From: Candidatus Omnitrophota bacterium
GTDB lineage: Bacteria; Omnitrophota; Gorgyraeia; JAGLLT01
Direction of reading: 5' to 3'
Length of the DNA: 64,000 nt
NCBI GenBank assembly: GCA_030632085.1
Contig: DAOVJY010000001.1
Location: 207,402-271,401, forward strand
Shown: one piece after another, positions 29,895 to 38,476 of the stretch
Layout of the letters: every line of letters begins with the position of its first letter
How positions within the stretch are numbered: position 1 is the stretch's first letter
The notes under the pieces: model-generated
Database searches by the model: none
Told to the model about the DNA's origin: nothing
The model's input: only the letters and a program-made list of their open reading frames with translations
Position numbers and translations under genes: made by a program

Positions 29895-30826
29895 ATTCTG
29901 TCCCCATAATATTTAACTGTTTCAATCAACCCCTTTGCAAAATTACTTTTTGGACTATATTTCAAAATCTTTTTTGCTTTGCTTATGTCAGCAAGAGTAT
30001 GTCTGACATCTCCTGCTCTATGCGGTAAAAAAATGGGTTCTATATTTTTATTAGTTATCTCTTTTAAAATTTTTACCAACTTTAAAACACTGTATCTCTT
30101 TCCGCTTGCGATATTAAAAGCTTCTCCATTTATACCTAATTTATTTATAGCTAAAATATTAGCCATAACCACATCGTCAACATAGGTAAAATCTCTCGTC
30201 TGTTTTCCATCATCATGAATAGGTGGTTTTTTATCATGCAACAAACTGGTTATAAATTTAGGAATAGCCATCGCGTATTTAGATTCAAGAGGTTGCCTGG
30301 GTCCATAAACGTTGAAATAACGAAGTATCACTGTGGGAAGCTTATATTTACTTGAAAACAATCGGCAGTAATATTCTCCGGCTAATTTTGAAACACTATA
30401 AGGTGAAATAGGATTTTGGGGCATATCCTCCACAATTGGCAGTCGCTTAACTATTCCATAAATAGAGCTTGATGAAGCAAAAATTACTTTTTTGACTTTA
30501 TTATGCTTCGCGGCCAGCAAAACATTTAAGGTGCCTTCCGCGTTAACCTTATCAAATTTTAAAGGATTATCAATAGATTTAGGAACAGATCTAAGCGCAG
30601 CTTGGTGCAATATGCAATCTATGCTTTTTGAAGCTTCTTTTAAATGCGAAATATTTGTTATGCTAGCTTTAACGAACCTAATTTTTTTTAAATGTTTCTG
30701 TAAATATTCTAATTTTCCCGTTGACAAATCATCATATACTGACACTTTATATTTTAATTTGACAAGTTTTTCTACAATGTGCGAACCAATAAATCCGGCA
30801 CCTCCGGTAACTAATACTCTTTTCAT
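29891..30826 (-). CDS. NAD-dependent sugar-nucleotide epimerase of the WbpP/TviC-like family
   Basis: VLVTGGAGFIGSH..., YDDLSTGKLEYL and YSVSK motifs. It is a tandem paralog of 30823..31761. Confidence 0.7.
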   Translation of the reverse strand: MKRVLVTGGAGFIGSHIVEKLVKLKYKVSVYDDLSTGKLEYLQKHLKKIRFVKASITNISHLKEASKSIDCILHQAALRSVPKSIDNPLKFDKVNAEGTLNVLLAAKHNKVKKVIFASSSSIYGIVKRLPIVEDMPQNPISPYSVSKLAGEYYCRLFSSKYKLPTVILRYFNVYGPRQPLESKYAMAIPKFITSLLHDKKPPIHDDGKQTRDFTYVDDVVMANILAINKLGINGEAFNIASGKRYSVLKLVKILKEITNKNIEPIFLPHRAGDVRHTLADISKAKKILKYSPKSNFAKGLIETVKYYGDRI

Positions 30827-31761
30827 AGTAAATTTTTCTTGTAATAATTTAATGTCTTTTTTATGCCTTCAGCAAAAGATGTTGTGGACTTGTAAAAAAT
30901 TTTTCTTTCGATTTTAGAAATACTGGCTTTAGTAGAATAAACATCACCAGGTCTGGGTTTTTTGTAGCAGGGTTCAATGTTTGTTTTTAAAAGACTATTT
31001 AATGTTTTAGTTATACTATTAACTGTATAACTTCTGCCAGACGCTACATTAAAAACTTCACCATTAGCATTGTTACTATTCAAAGACAGCTTAATAGCCT
31101 TAACTATATCTTTAACATAAACAAAGTCTCTTTCTTGGCCTCCATCGCCATATATGGGAGGCTTTTTCCTTTGCAACATCAATGAAGCAAACTTTGGTAT
31201 TACGGACGCATAGTGGCTTGATAGCGATTGCTTTGGACCATATACATTAAAAAAACGGAGACTTACTGTAGGTAAGGAATAAATCTCATTAAATAATTTA
31301 CAGTAATATTCCCCAATAAGTTTAGTTACACCATATGGTGAAACAGGCTGAACATTATAAGATTCACTAACAACCAGGCTACCAATTTCTCCGTATACAG
31401 CGCTGGAAGACGCGAATATAAATTTCTTTATATTGTTTTCCCGCGCAGCTAAAAGTGTTTTTAGGGTTCCTATTACATTAACCTTATTATACTTAACTGG
31501 ATTCATAATAGATTCAGGTACCGAAATCAGAGCAGCTAAATGAATAATATAATCATGTCCCCTGATGGCCTTTTTTAAAAGAGGTAAATTGGTTATATCC
31601 CCTTTTATAAATTTAATCTCTTTTAAATGTCCTCGTAAATTTTCCTTTTTACCACTTGAAAGATTATCTATTACTGTAACATGGTGTTTCCTTTTAAGAA
31701 GTTCGGCCACAACATGTGAACCTATAAAACCGGCACCGCCGGTGATTAAGTAATTACTCAT
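30823..31761 (-). CDS. NAD-dependent sugar-nucleotide epimerase of the WbpP/TviC-like family (tandem paralog)
   Basis: LITGGAGFIGSHVV, IDNLSSGKKENL and YGVTK motifs. Confidence 0.7.
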   Translation of the reverse strand: MSNYLITGGAGFIGSHVVAELLKRKHHVTVIDNLSSGKKENLRGHLKEIKFIKGDITNLPLLKKAIRGHDYIIHLAALISVPESIMNPVKYNKVNVIGTLKTLLAARENNIKKFIFASSSAVYGEIGSLVVSESYNVQPVSPYGVTKLIGEYYCKLFNEIYSLPTVSLRFFNVYGPKQSLSSHYASVIPKFASLMLQRKKPPIYGDGGQERDFVYVKDIVKAIKLSLNSNNANGEVFNVASGRSYTVNSITKTLNSLLKTNIEPCYKKPRPGDVYSTKASISKIERKIFYKSTTSFAEGIKKTLNYYKKNLL

Positions 31762-33065
31762 AATCTAACTATATTATCCTTCTTAGTTTTTATATTTTTT
31801 AAGGCGTTGCGTGTATCTAGGACAACATTGGCTTCCCGGGCAATCATTTTATAATTAAGCTTGCTGTGGTCAGTGACAATAACAACGCAGTCATATTTTC
31901 CTATATTAGCCTTGGTGAGTTTTTCAAGGCTTTGAATTCTTTTTTGATTAACCCTTATACTGCCGACATGAGGATCGAAATAGTCTACTTTGGTTTTTTT
32001 TCTTAAAAGGGTTGATATTATATTTAAAGCAGGTGATTCCCTTGTGTCACTAATATCCTTTTTATAACTTACACCTATAATAAGTATTTTAGACGCTTTG
32101 ATATCCTTTTTATTCTTTCTTAGTACGGATGATAATTTGTTAACCACATACGCCGGCATTGACCTGTTTATCTCATGAGCCAAATCTATCATATTGTATG
32201 CTTTGTAACCGGCTACTTTAGCCTTCCATGAAAGAAACTTGGGATCTGTAGGCAGGCAATGACCTCCTAGACCGGGGCCGGGATAAAAGGGCATAAAACC
32301 GAAAGGTTTAGTCTTGGCCGCATCAATAACATCCCAAACGTCAATTTTCAACTTATGGCACATCTTATTAAATTGATTTATAAGACCGATATTGACACTC
32401 CTAAACGTATTTTCTAAAAGCTTGCTCATTTCGGCAACTTCTGATGAAGGTACTTGAATCACACTTTTAAAAACTTTCTTATATAAGTCCGCGGCTATCT
32501 CAGTTGACTTCTCACTAACCCCACCAACAATTTTAGGAATGTTTTTAAGTTGATATTTTTTATTTAAGGGATCCACCCTCTCAGATGAAAATGTCAGATA
32601 AAAATCTTTATCTAGCTTTAATCCGCTTTTTTCGAGCTCAGGCAAGACAACTTCTCTGGTTGTTCCGGGATACGTCGTACTTTCCAATATAACTAACTGT
32701 GATTTCTTAAGTTGTTTCTGGATCGTCTTAACACTTTTTCTAATATAAGATATATCCGGCTCACCCGTTTTGCTAAGCGGTGTGGGAACGCAAATAATAA
32801 CAACATCGCTTTGGGATAAAATATCAGCTGATGTTGTGGCGTGAAAATTTTTGGATAAATATTTTTTAAGCTCTTCAAAAGGCACATCCTCAACGTAAGA
32901 TTTACCGTTTTGAAGAAGTTTAATCCTTTCTTTATCTATATCAAAAACACTTACCTTAAAATTCTTACTACAGAAAAGCATAGCTAAAGGTAAACCGACA
33001 TAACCTGCTCCCACTATAGCAATGCAAGCCTTATTGGATGAAATTCTATCATTTAAAATCTTCAT
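31758..33065 (-). CDS. UDP-N-acetyl-hexosamine 6-dehydrogenase family protein (WbpO/TviB/WecC-like nucleotide-sugar dehydrogenase)
   Basis: N-terminal IAIVGAGYVGLPLA and the catalytic-Cys motif GGHCLPTDPKFL. Confidence 0.8.
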   Translation of the reverse strand: MKILNDRISSNKACIAIVGAGYVGLPLAMLFCSKNFKVSVFDIDKERIKLLQNGKSYVEDVPFEELKKYLSKNFHATTSADILSQSDVVIICVPTPLSKTGEPDISYIRKSVKTIQKQLKKSQLVILESTTYPGTTREVVLPELEKSGLKLDKDFYLTFSSERVDPLNKKYQLKNIPKIVGGVSEKSTEIAADLYKKVFKSVIQVPSSEVAEMSKLLENTFRSVNIGLINQFNKMCHKLKIDVWDVIDAAKTKPFGFMPFYPGPGLGGHCLPTDPKFLSWKAKVAGYKAYNMIDLAHEINRSMPAYVVNKLSSVLRKNKKDIKASKILIIGVSYKKDISDTRESPALNIISTLLRKKTKVDYFDPHVGSIRVNQKRIQSLEKLTKANIGKYDCVVIVTDHSKLNYKMIAREANVVLDTRNALKNIKTKKDNIVRL

Positions 33066-34024
33066 TTAACTTTTTCTCTCCAGTAGTTTAAAAGATCTTC
33101 CATAGTTTTCTCAAAAGGAATTTCAGGTTTCCAGCCGGTCTGTTTGGTGAATTTACTGTTATCCCCTAAAAGAATTTGAACATCACTAGGCCGCATTCTG
33201 GCTTTATCCGGTTCGATCTTGACATCTGCTTTACTAAGACTCAACAAGATATCCAGAACTTCCTTGATTGAATATGCTTTGCCGCAACAAATATTATATT
33301 CTTCACCAGGCTTACCCTTTTCCAAAGCAAGCCAATATCCTCTTACCATATCCCTTACGTCTGTAAAATCTCTTTGGGCATCTAAATTACCAACTCTGAT
33401 AATCGGCTGTTGTTTACCAGCTTCAATTTTAGCTATCTGCTTAGCAAAGTTACTACAAACAAACACTTCCCCTCTTCTGGGGCCGGTATGATTGAAACCT
33501 CTGGTCCTAATAATATTTAAGCCATAACTTTTGAAATATTGATAACCCAATAAATCCTGGCCTACTTTAGAAACTCCATAAGGACTTAAAGGTCTTAAAG
33601 GATTACTCTCTTTTATAGGAACCTCATCCTCTTCAACATATCCATATTCCTCGGAAGAACAGGCTATTTGAATAAAAGGATTGATGCCTATCTGCCGCAT
33701 TGCCTCAAATATATTAAGCTGTCCGATAACATTGGTCGTTAATGTTTCTGCCGGTGCTCTCCAGGATGTAGGCACAAAGGATTGAGCTGCTAGATGAAAA
33801 ATCCTATCAGGTCTTATTTCTTCTAAAACTTTTCTGACATTGGAAGCATCTCTTATATCACACTCATGCAGTTTAATGCCCTTTTCGCATAAGTGTTCAA
33901 TGTTATCTGTCTTGGAGCGCCATCTAACCATACCGTAAATTTCAACATCTTTATGCTTTTCAAGCAAGTATTCAGCCATGTGGCTTCCGGTAAAACCGGT
34001 AACCCCGGTTATTAAAACTTTCAT
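33062..34024 (-). CDS. GDP-mannose 4,6-dehydratase-like SDR (GMD/Rmd family)
   Basis: VLITGVTGFTGSHMAEYLL, ACSSEEYG and YGVSK. The exact substrate is uncertain. Confidence 0.55.
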   Translation of the reverse strand: MKVLITGVTGFTGSHMAEYLLEKHKDVEIYGMVRWRSKTDNIEHLCEKGIKLHECDIRDASNVRKVLEEIRPDRIFHLAAQSFVPTSWRAPAETLTTNVIGQLNIFEAMRQIGINPFIQIACSSEEYGYVEEDEVPIKESNPLRPLSPYGVSKVGQDLLGYQYFKSYGLNIIRTRGFNHTGPRRGEVFVCSNFAKQIAKIEAGKQQPIIRVGNLDAQRDFTDVRDMVRGYWLALEKGKPGEEYNICCGKAYSIKEVLDILLSLSKADVKIEPDKARMRPSDVQILLGDNSKFTKQTGWKPEIPFEKTMEDLLNYWREKVK

Positions 34025-34039
34025 CTTTATCTCCTTTTA

Positions 34040-34966
34040 CTATTGACTTAAATAAGTCCTAAGCGCGTCCTGCCATGCCTTTAAGGGCTTTTGAATCAAA
34101 TCATTAAATCTACGATTACTTAAAATTGAACAAGTAGGTCTTGGAGCATACCTTTTATCTGCTTTATTATAAATTTCCTTTAATTCATCAGTGCTTATTG
34201 CTTGTACCTGAGCATCAATGCCTGCATATTTCAATATTTGCAAGGCATAATCATACCAACTACAAGTACCGGCATTGCTTATATGGTAGACCCCAAATAG
34301 CCCTTGGTTATCTCTGTCTTCCTCAAAGCGCTTACATATCTCAATTAATCCTTGAGATAAATCAATAGTATTAGTAGGTGAACCTATCTGATCATCTACT
34401 ATTCTTAATAATTCTCCGCCTCTGGCCTTGGTGACTATTTTATCAACGAAGTTGGATCCGCATTTACCATATAGCCAGCTGGTTCTGGCGATAATATATT
34501 TATACCCCAAAATATTTTTGACGACTTCTTCACCGGCTAATTTTGACTTACCGTAAATACTTATTGGATTGACTTCATCTGTTGTTTTATAGATCGAAGT
34601 TTTCTTGCCATCAAAAACATAATCAGTACTTATATAAATCATGTTAGCGTTTATTTTCTTGGCCGCCCGGGCAACATTACTGGCGCCTTCTTCGTTTATC
34701 TTAAAAGCCAGCTCCTTATTTGCTTCACAATCATCCACTGCCGTATAGGCTGCAGTATGAATGACTATATCCGGTTTGACTTGCTTTAAAACAGCCTCAA
34801 TTTTCTTTTTGTCGGTTATGTTCGCTTGAACATAGGCATTATGAGATAAAATTTGCTCATTAGGCTCTTTTATATCTGTACCTACAAAAAAATAATCACC
34901 TTCTGCTAATAATTTACAAAGATCGCTACCCAACATCCCGGCAGAACCGGTAACTAAAATTATCAT
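34040..34966 (-). CDS. rfbD: dTDP-4-dehydrorhamnose reductase
   Basis: MIILVTGSAGMLGSDL, YGKSK, and its position in the rfbC-A-B-D block. Confidence 0.8.
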   Translation of the reverse strand: MIILVTGSAGMLGSDLCKLLAEGDYFFVGTDIKEPNEQILSHNAYVQANITDKKKIEAVLKQVKPDIVIHTAAYTAVDDCEANKELAFKINEEGASNVARAAKKINANMIYISTDYVFDGKKTSIYKTTDEVNPISIYGKSKLAGEEVVKNILGYKYIIARTSWLYGKCGSNFVDKIVTKARGGELLRIVDDQIGSPTNTIDLSQGLIEICKRFEEDRDNQGLFGVYHISNAGTCSWYDYALQILKYAGIDAQVQAISTDELKEIYNKADKRYAPRPTCSILSNRRFNDLIQKPLKAWQDALRTYLSQ

Positions 34967-35970
34967 TTAATGCATCCGTATTGCTTTTGATAATATTTTA
35001 GATATTGCTGATTTCTCTTTTTTATCTTGTGCCACCACTTCTCATTATTTAAAAACCAATCAATGGTTTCCTTGAGTGCGTCTTCAAATCTATATACGGG
35101 TTTCCAACCCAGCTTTCTTAGTTTATCGCAATTAATTGAATATCTTCTATCATGTCCGAGCCGATCCTCTACATATTTGATTAAATCCTTACTTTTTTTA
35201 AGGTGTTTGAGGATTAATTTAGTTATCTTTATATTAGTTTCTTCATTACCCGCTCCAATATTATAAATTTGACCAATTTTACCTTTGTGCCAAACTTTAT
35301 CAAGCGCACGGCAATTATCCACTACATATATCCAGTCTCTGACGTTTTTACCATCACCATAAACAGGTAACTGTTTGCCTTCAAAAGCGTTAGTTATAAA
35401 TAAGGGCATCAATTTTTCGGGATATTGATAGGGTCCGAAATTGTTTGAACTTCTGGTTATTATTACTGGAATTTTATGAGTAGCGTAATATGATAAAGCC
35501 AATAAGTCGCCGGCCGCCTTAGAAGCGGAATAAGGACTATTAGGTTCTAAAGGATCATTTTCCTCAAAAGACCCTTTTAAAGTGGAGCCATAAACTTCAT
35601 CAGTTGATATCTGAATAAACTTACTGATTCTGTGCTTTTTAGTTGCTTCAAGAAGAACGTTAGTTCCATAAACATTGGTCTTAATAAAATCTGTGGCATC
35701 TAATATGGAACGGTCTACATGGGTGCAAGCGGCAAAGTTGATGATGCATTCACACTTGGAAGCTAAATCATCTACTAATTTTTTATTACAAATATCACCT
35801 TTTACAAAATGGTAATTATTGCTTACAATACCCTTTAAATTATCCGGATTGCCGCAATAAGTCAACTTATCCAGATTAATTATTTGATAATCAGGATATT
35901 TATTTATAACGTATCTAATGAAGTTTGAACCGATAAACCCGGCTCCGCCTGTGATAAGTATTTTTTTCAT
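34963..35970 (-). CDS. rfbB: dTDP-glucose 4,6-dehydratase
   Basis: KILITGGAGFIGSNFIRYV...INLDKLTYCGN...YSASK. Confidence 0.85.
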   Translation of the reverse strand: MKKILITGGAGFIGSNFIRYVINKYPDYQIINLDKLTYCGNPDNLKGIVSNNYHFVKGDICNKKLVDDLASKCECIINFAACTHVDRSILDATDFIKTNVYGTNVLLEATKKHRISKFIQISTDEVYGSTLKGSFEENDPLEPNSPYSASKAAGDLLALSYYATHKIPVIITRSSNNFGPYQYPEKLMPLFITNAFEGKQLPVYGDGKNVRDWIYVVDNCRALDKVWHKGKIGQIYNIGAGNEETNIKITKLILKHLKKSKDLIKYVEDRLGHDRRYSINCDKLRKLGWKPVYRFEDALKETIDWFLNNEKWWHKIKKRNQQYLKYYQKQYGCIK

Positions 35971-35972
35971 TA

Positions 35973-36710
35973 TTATTTTTTCTCCCGCTCAGCAACTAAA
36001 TTATTCGCTCTTAAAAGCGATTCAATTGCACCCGCGTCAGTCCACCAGCCATCAAGAACGTCATAGCGCATTTTTCCCTCTTTTATATATGCATTGTTAA
36101 CATCTGTAATCTCAAGCTCTCCCCTGCCAGAGGGTTTCAATGTTTTAATTATCTTGTAAACACCGGCATCATACATATATATACCGGTGACAATATAATT
36201 GCTTTTAGGCTTATCGGGTTTTTCTTCGATGCCGAGTATCTTATCATCTTTCAACTCCACAGTCCCGAATCTTTCAGGGTCGTTTACTTTTTTTATAAGT
36301 ATCCTGCCGCCATCGGGCTGTTCTCTGAATTTATCAACATATGTTTTTATGCTTTTCTCAAAAATATTATCGCCTAAAATTACAACGACTTTATGGCCTT
36401 CGGCGAAATGTTCTGTGAGCCCCAAAGCATCAGCAATGCCGCCTTCGCCCTGTTGATAAGTATAGTTAATATGCTTAAGGCCAAATTCAGATCCATTGCC
36501 CAACAAGCGCAGGAAGTCTCCGGCGTTATTGCCTCCGGTAACAATCATAATGTCATCTATGCCGGCTTTAACCAAAGCCTCTAGAGGGTAAAAAATCATA
36601 GGTTTATTATATATAGCCAATAAATGCTTATTGGTGATTTTGGTTAAAGGATGAAGTCTGGTTCCCAAACCTCCGGCTAAAATAATTCCTTTTACCTTAT
36701 CTTTACTCAT
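35973..36710 (-). CDS. rfbA: Glucose-1-phosphate thymidylyltransferase
   Basis: KGIILAGGLGTRLHPLT nucleotide-binding motif. The preferred start is Met8 of the track ORF (complement 36708..36710): it has an AGAGGA Shine-Dalgarno sequence 6 nt upstream and an ATGA overlap with the rfbC stop. The track ORF start at 36731 has no Shine-Dalgarno sequence. Confidence 0.8.
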   Translation of the reverse strand: MSKDKVKGIILAGGLGTRLHPLTKITNKHLLAIYNKPMIFYPLEALVKAGIDDIMIVTGGNNAGDFLRLLGNGSEFGLKHINYTYQQGEGGIADALGLTEHFAEGHKVVVILGDNIFEKSIKTYVDKFREQPDGGRILIKKVNDPERFGTVELKDDKILGIEEKPDKPKSNYIVTGIYMYDAGVYKIIKTLKPSGRGELEITDVNNAYIKEGKMRYDVLDGWWTDAGAIESLLRANNLVAEREKK

Positions 36711-37156
36711 AATTTTTCCTCTTTGTCCCAATCGTAATATTTATTATCCACTCTAATTTCATCAGGATCTTGATGATTATATTCCTGATTAATTACATTT
36801 ATAACTACAGATTCTCCTTTTAGACTTTTAAAGGCATGCAAAATTTTAGGCGGAATAGTTACAATGGCAAAATTTTCATCACCCAAGACAAATTCATTTA
36901 TCTCACCTTTTGTAGAGCTGTCTTCTCTGGTATCAACAATAATTATCTTCATCTTACCCTTAATACAGCACATATTATCTGTCTGGAGATTATGCATATG
37001 AAAAGCATGCTTATCTTTAGCTATGCCTTCATAGGCCGTAGTCATATATACCTGGGCAGGCTGGACGTTATTATCAGAAACTCTGAATATTTCCAGCAAG
37101 CGGCCTCTTTCGTCCGGGATAACCTTTAATTGTTTGACTTTTACACCATTTATCAT
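36707..37156 (-). CDS. rfbC: dTDP-4-dehydrorhamnose 3,5-epimerase (short cupin form)
   Basis: MINGVKVKQLKVIPDERGRLLEIFR is RfbC-like (..DERG.F.E.FR). The ORF is 149 aa. Confidence 0.7.
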   Translation of the reverse strand: MINGVKVKQLKVIPDERGRLLEIFRVSDNNVQPAQVYMTTAYEGIAKDKHAFHMHNLQTDNMCCIKGKMKIIIVDTREDSSTKGEINEFVLGDENFAIVTIPPKILHAFKSLKGESVVINVINQEYNHQDPDEIRVDNKYYDWDKEEKL

Positions 37157-37174
37157 AATTATATACCTCCTGTT

Positions 37175-38473
37175 TTACGATTTTTTACCAATACAAACAT
37201 ATTTAAATCCTTGCTTGCGCATTACATCAGGATCGTAAATATTTCGGCCATCAACAATAATCGGATCATTTAAAAGCTCTTTGATTTTAGCTAAATCTAA
37301 CTCTTTAAATTCACTCCATTCAGTAATTATCACCAAGGCATCAGCCCCATCAGCTGCTTCATACGAGCTAGAGCAATATTTAACCTTGGGAAGCACTTTG
37401 GACATTTTATCCATAGCATACGGATCATAAGCATTTATCGTAGCCCCATCTTTTTGTAATGCCTGAATAATATCAATGGAAGGCGCAAACCTGATATCAT
37501 CTGTATTGGGCTTAAATGATAAACCTAGGACGGCTATTTTTTTACCTTTTATATTCCAGAGGGCATTTTCTATCTTCTTAATAAAACGTTCTTTTTGAGT
37601 TTTATTAATCTCCTGAACAGCTTTCAGCAGCTTAAAATCATAACCCAGTTTTTCGGCTATCTTCACAAAAGCTGCCACGTCTTTAGGAAAACAAAAACCT
37701 CCAAAACCAACACCAGCTTTTAAGAATGTCGATCCAATTCTTTTATCCATTCCCATGCCTTCGGCCACCTTATCAACATCGGCTCCGGTCTTCTCGCAGA
37801 TGACAGATAAGGCATTAACAAAAGAAACTTTTGTAGCCAGAAACGAATTAGCGGCGTGTTTAATCAATTCAGCACTTTGAATGTCGGTTACAATAATAGT
37901 AGAATTAAGGGGCATATAAACCTCTTTTAATAAATCAGCCGCTCTCTCAGTCTCCACCCCGATTACAATCCTGTCCGGGTGCATAAAATCATCAACCGCG
38001 GAACCTTCTCTTAAAAATTCAGGATTGGATGCCACATCAAATTCAATATCTTTCTTGAGGCATCTGGATATAGTCTCTTTTACCCTCTGGCCGGTTTGAA
38101 CCGGAACAGTGCTCTTATCAACAATTAACCGATAGCTATCCATATTGAAAGCTACTTCTCTGGAAACATCTTCCACGCAGGATAAATCAGCTTCACCATT
38201 AGCTTTGGGTGGCGTTCCTACGGTAATATATATTATTTCTGAATCTTTAACCGCCCGCTTTAAATCAGTTGTAAAAACAAGACGTCCGGCCTTGGTGTTT
38301 CTTTTTACAATGTCCTCAAGTCCGGGTTCATAAATAGGCATTTTTAGATCTTTTAAGGCAGCTATTTTATCTTTATCATTATCAACGCAAATAACTTCAT
38401 TACCTAAATCCGAGAGACAACTGCCAGTTACAAGCCCGACATAGCCCGAGCCAATCACACATATTCTTTTCAT
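37175..38473 (-). CDS. ugd: UDP-glucose 6-dehydrogenase
   Basis: ICVIGSGYVGLVTG and the catalytic GGFCFPKD motif. Confidence 0.85.
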   Translation of the reverse strand: MKRICVIGSGYVGLVTGSCLSDLGNEVICVDNDKDKIAALKDLKMPIYEPGLEDIVKRNTKAGRLVFTTDLKRAVKDSEIIYITVGTPPKANGEADLSCVEDVSREVAFNMDSYRLIVDKSTVPVQTGQRVKETISRCLKKDIEFDVASNPEFLREGSAVDDFMHPDRIVIGVETERAADLLKEVYMPLNSTIIVTDIQSAELIKHAANSFLATKVSFVNALSVICEKTGADVDKVAEGMGMDKRIGSTFLKAGVGFGGFCFPKDVAAFVKIAEKLGYDFKLLKAVQEINKTQKERFIKKIENALWNIKGKKIAVLGLSFKPNTDDIRFAPSIDIIQALQKDGATINAYDPYAMDKMSKVLPKVKYCSSSYEAADGADALVIITEWSEFKELDLAKIKELLNDPIIVDGRNIYDPDVMRKQGFKYVCIGKKS

Positions 38474-38476
38474 TTT

